Origin: a virus
Virus record (IMG/VR): IMGVR_UViG_3300027834_000011
Coordinates: 1-44,744 of that record
Direction: 5' to 3' (one strand)
Length of the DNA: 44,744 nt
Made by a program: the position numbers and the translations under genes
Notes under the pieces: generated by a model
The model's database searches: none
What the model was told of the DNA's origin: nothing
What the model saw: the letters and a program-made list of their open reading frames with translations, nothing else
Shown here: one piece after another, positions 43,331 through 44,744 of the stretch
How positions within the stretch are numbered: position 1 is the first letter of the stretch
How the letters are laid out: the number at the start of each line of letters is the position of its first letter

Positions 43331-43851
43331 CCCAGAACAATAGGCAGGGAAGAGAATTCAAGTTCCAGACAACTCTTAATGGGGGCAACAATTGGAATGA
43401 CATTGGCGGCATTGCATCAAAAGAGTTTGTCCGGGAAAGGGCAATTTCTGATACCACAAGCCAATCTACCCCGGGCAATGAGACAGAGGCCTGTGATCAT
43501 GGATACATGTCTGCCTCTGCAACCTTCTCTGGCAAGGTGGATAAGCGCTCTGGTGTTGGCCTAGATGATTACAAGGCTTTATCATTGGTGGCAAATTCAA
43601 GCCCTCCACAAGATTATTTCCGAATGACTGATGGCATGGATGATGCAGGAGAAACCTTTGAGGGCTATTTTCTCATCACCAGCTTTGGAAAGACCACTGA
43701 CCAGAATGGCATTGTGGAATATTCAGTTTCTCTAATCAACACAACCGACTTATACTATGTTGACCAGTGGTATGTTGCACTTGAGTTTTTTGCCAACACT
43801 ACCCTTCCCGATGCTTGGGAGAATATACAATATGGAACAGATTTTAGCTAG
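43327..43851 (+). CDS. Tail tube (major tail) protein paralog 1, with a C-terminal add-on module
   Basis: Paralogous to 43866-44297 (shared blocks TSQSTPGNETEAC and ExYEG.FLITSFGKT..QNGIVE.S). It carries an extra 34 aa ending TLPDAWENIQYGTDFS. Confidence 0.7.
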   Translation: MTQNNRQGREFKFQTTLNGGNNWNDIGGIASKEFVRERAISDTTSQSTPGNETEACDHGYMSASATFSGKVDKRSGVGLDDYKALSLVANSSPPQDYFRMTDGMDDAGETFEGYFLITSFGKTTDQNGIVEYSVSLINTTDLYYVDQWYVALEFFANTTLPDAWENIQYGTDFS

Positions 43852-43865
43852 AATGGAGACTAAAA

Positions 43866-44297
43866 ATGACTGCAAATAACATCCAAGGCCGCACCCTCCT
43901 ATTGCAGATCAGCGATGACGCTGGCTCAACATGGAAGGATGTTGGTGGCATTTCCACAAAAGAGTTTAACCGTGACAACCCAATTACTGATGTCACAAGC
44001 CAGTCCACCCCGGGCAATGAGACAGAAGCCTGTTACAATGGCTATTCAACTGTCACTCTCAATGGCTCTGGTAAGGCTGACACTCGTGATGATGTTGACA
44101 CAATGGGCTATAAAGCTTTCAGTGCGATTGCCAACAGCTCAACCCCATCCGCTCTAATGCGCTTGGCTGACTCAGAAGAAACCTATGAAGGAACCTTCTT
44201 GATCACCAGCTTTGGTAAGACATCAGAGCAGAATGGCATTGTTGAATTCTCAGCTGCTCTGCAAAATGAGAGCGCCATCACCTTCACACAGACTTAA
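43866..44297 (+). CDS. Tail tube (major tail) protein paralog 2
   Basis: GGAGA RBS, 143 aa. It lies immediately upstream of the chaperone. The G..L.LQI.D..G..W.D.GG pattern is typical of siphovirus tube proteins. Confidence 0.75.
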   Translation: MTANNIQGRTLLLQISDDAGSTWKDVGGISTKEFNRDNPITDVTSQSTPGNETEACYNGYSTVTLNGSGKADTRDDVDTMGYKAFSAIANSSTPSALMRLADSEETYEGTFLITSFGKTSEQNGIVEFSAALQNESAITFTQT

Positions 44298-44302
44298 TTG
44301 CC

Positions 44303-44744
44303 ATGGCAAATAAGTATGAAGGAGAAGAGACTGTTGAGGTAGGCAAAGATGTCTACCTCTGCAAAGTTGACTTCAGATTTCTTGTAGAGCTAAAGGAGAT
44401 GGCTGGGATGGACCCGGCTGCAATCTTTACCAATTTGAATTCTGGCGATTGTGACCCAGACCAAATCAAATCTGTGGTTGTCTGCGCACTTAGGTCTGAA
44501 AATGGAAAGAGCATTGAGGCTGAAGAGGAAAAGAAGGATATTGCAGAAAACATAATTGCAGGCTATGGCCTTCAAGAGTGTTGGCTCCTATCCCAGCACC
44601 TTCTCAGCTATGCTATGATAGGTGAAATTTCAAAGATGAAGCTCCAGTCACTGGACAGGAAAAGGAAGTTTCTGGAGCTGGTTTCACCTTTCCAATCAGA
44701 GAATTTGAAAAATCTGCTATTGCTATGGGGGTGGCACCTGTTGA
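44303..44744 (+). CDS. Tail assembly chaperone (gpG-like), 5' part. The ORF runs off the window end and continues at base 1 after circularisation.
   Basis: ATG 44303 lies 6 nt after the tail-tube stop. The gene sits between the tail-tube genes and the tape measure. It translates to MANKYEGEETVEVGKDVYLCKVDFRFLVELKEMAGMDPAAIF... The frame is continuous with ORF 19..225. Confidence 0.7.
   Translation, partial: MANKYEGEETVEVGKDVYLCKVDFRFLVELKEMAGMDPAAIFTNLNSGDCDPDQIKSVVVCALRSENGKSIEAEEEKKDIAENIIAGYGLQECWLLSQHLLSYAMIGEISKMKLQSLDRKRKFLELVSPFQSENLKNLLLLWGWHLL
44618..44744. repeat. Second copy of the 127-bp terminal overlap (equals 1-127)
   Basis: Identical string to 1-127. The ORF entering it continues in frame at base 1. 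Confidence 0.95.

Noticed and set aside
1-44744. Long antisense or shadow ORFs inside confident genes (for example 510-992, 1971-2351, 4741-5145, 11439-11954, 17802-18314, 26646-27104, 29901-30512, 32215-32670, 34778-35206)
   Set aside because: Each lies wholly within a gene with clear motifs or synteny on the other strand or frame. Each has skewed Ser/Leu/Cys/Pro composition and lacks RBS or coupling signals.
1-44744. Temperate lifestyle module or prophage remnants, tRNA genes, IS elements
   Set aside because: I found no integrase, recombinase, excisionase, CI/Cro-like HTH pair or transposase motifs. The intergenic gaps are too short and unstructured for tRNAs. This is absence by eye only; tRNAscan and HMM searches would be needed to be certain.

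Overview
The window is a complete, circularly closed genome of a tailed dsDNA phage with a non-contractile, lambda/GTA-like tail gene set. Bases 1-127 are identical to 44618-44744, so the unique length is 44,617 bp.

Gene layout:
- Rightward late arm (33357 through the window end, continuing to 9346): terS, terL, an ORFan, portal, MuF-like head morphogenesis protein, DUF2213-like protease/scaffold, decoration-like protein, major capsid, four connector/tail-completion proteins, two tandem tail-tube paralogs, a tail assembly chaperone that spans the assembly junction and appears to need a -1 frameshift, tape measure, gpM/gpL/gpK/gpI-J-like tip proteins, tail fibre and a lysis cassette.
- Leftward arm (25498 down to 9299), tightly coupled: three recombination/SSB-like ORFans, a nucleotide/redox island (flavoprotein, signature-variant ThyX, HAD phosphatase, SDR, VOC-fold protein, two MazG-like proteins), DnaQ-like exonuclease, RecD/Dda-like helicase, Pol III alpha (DnaE), SNF2 helicase and VRR-NUC nuclease.
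- A rightward primase-helicase (25716-27815) sits between two leftward operons.
- The second leftward operon (32721 down to 27944) is almost entirely ORFans plus a SprT-like metalloprotease.
- A ~630-bp regulatory hub (32722-33356) carries 12 copies of a (G/C)ACCGGGT(T/A) motif arranged around divergent promoter candidates.

I saw no integrase, tRNA, rRNA, CRISPR array or transposase. All family assignments were made by eye from motifs and synteny; no database search was possible.
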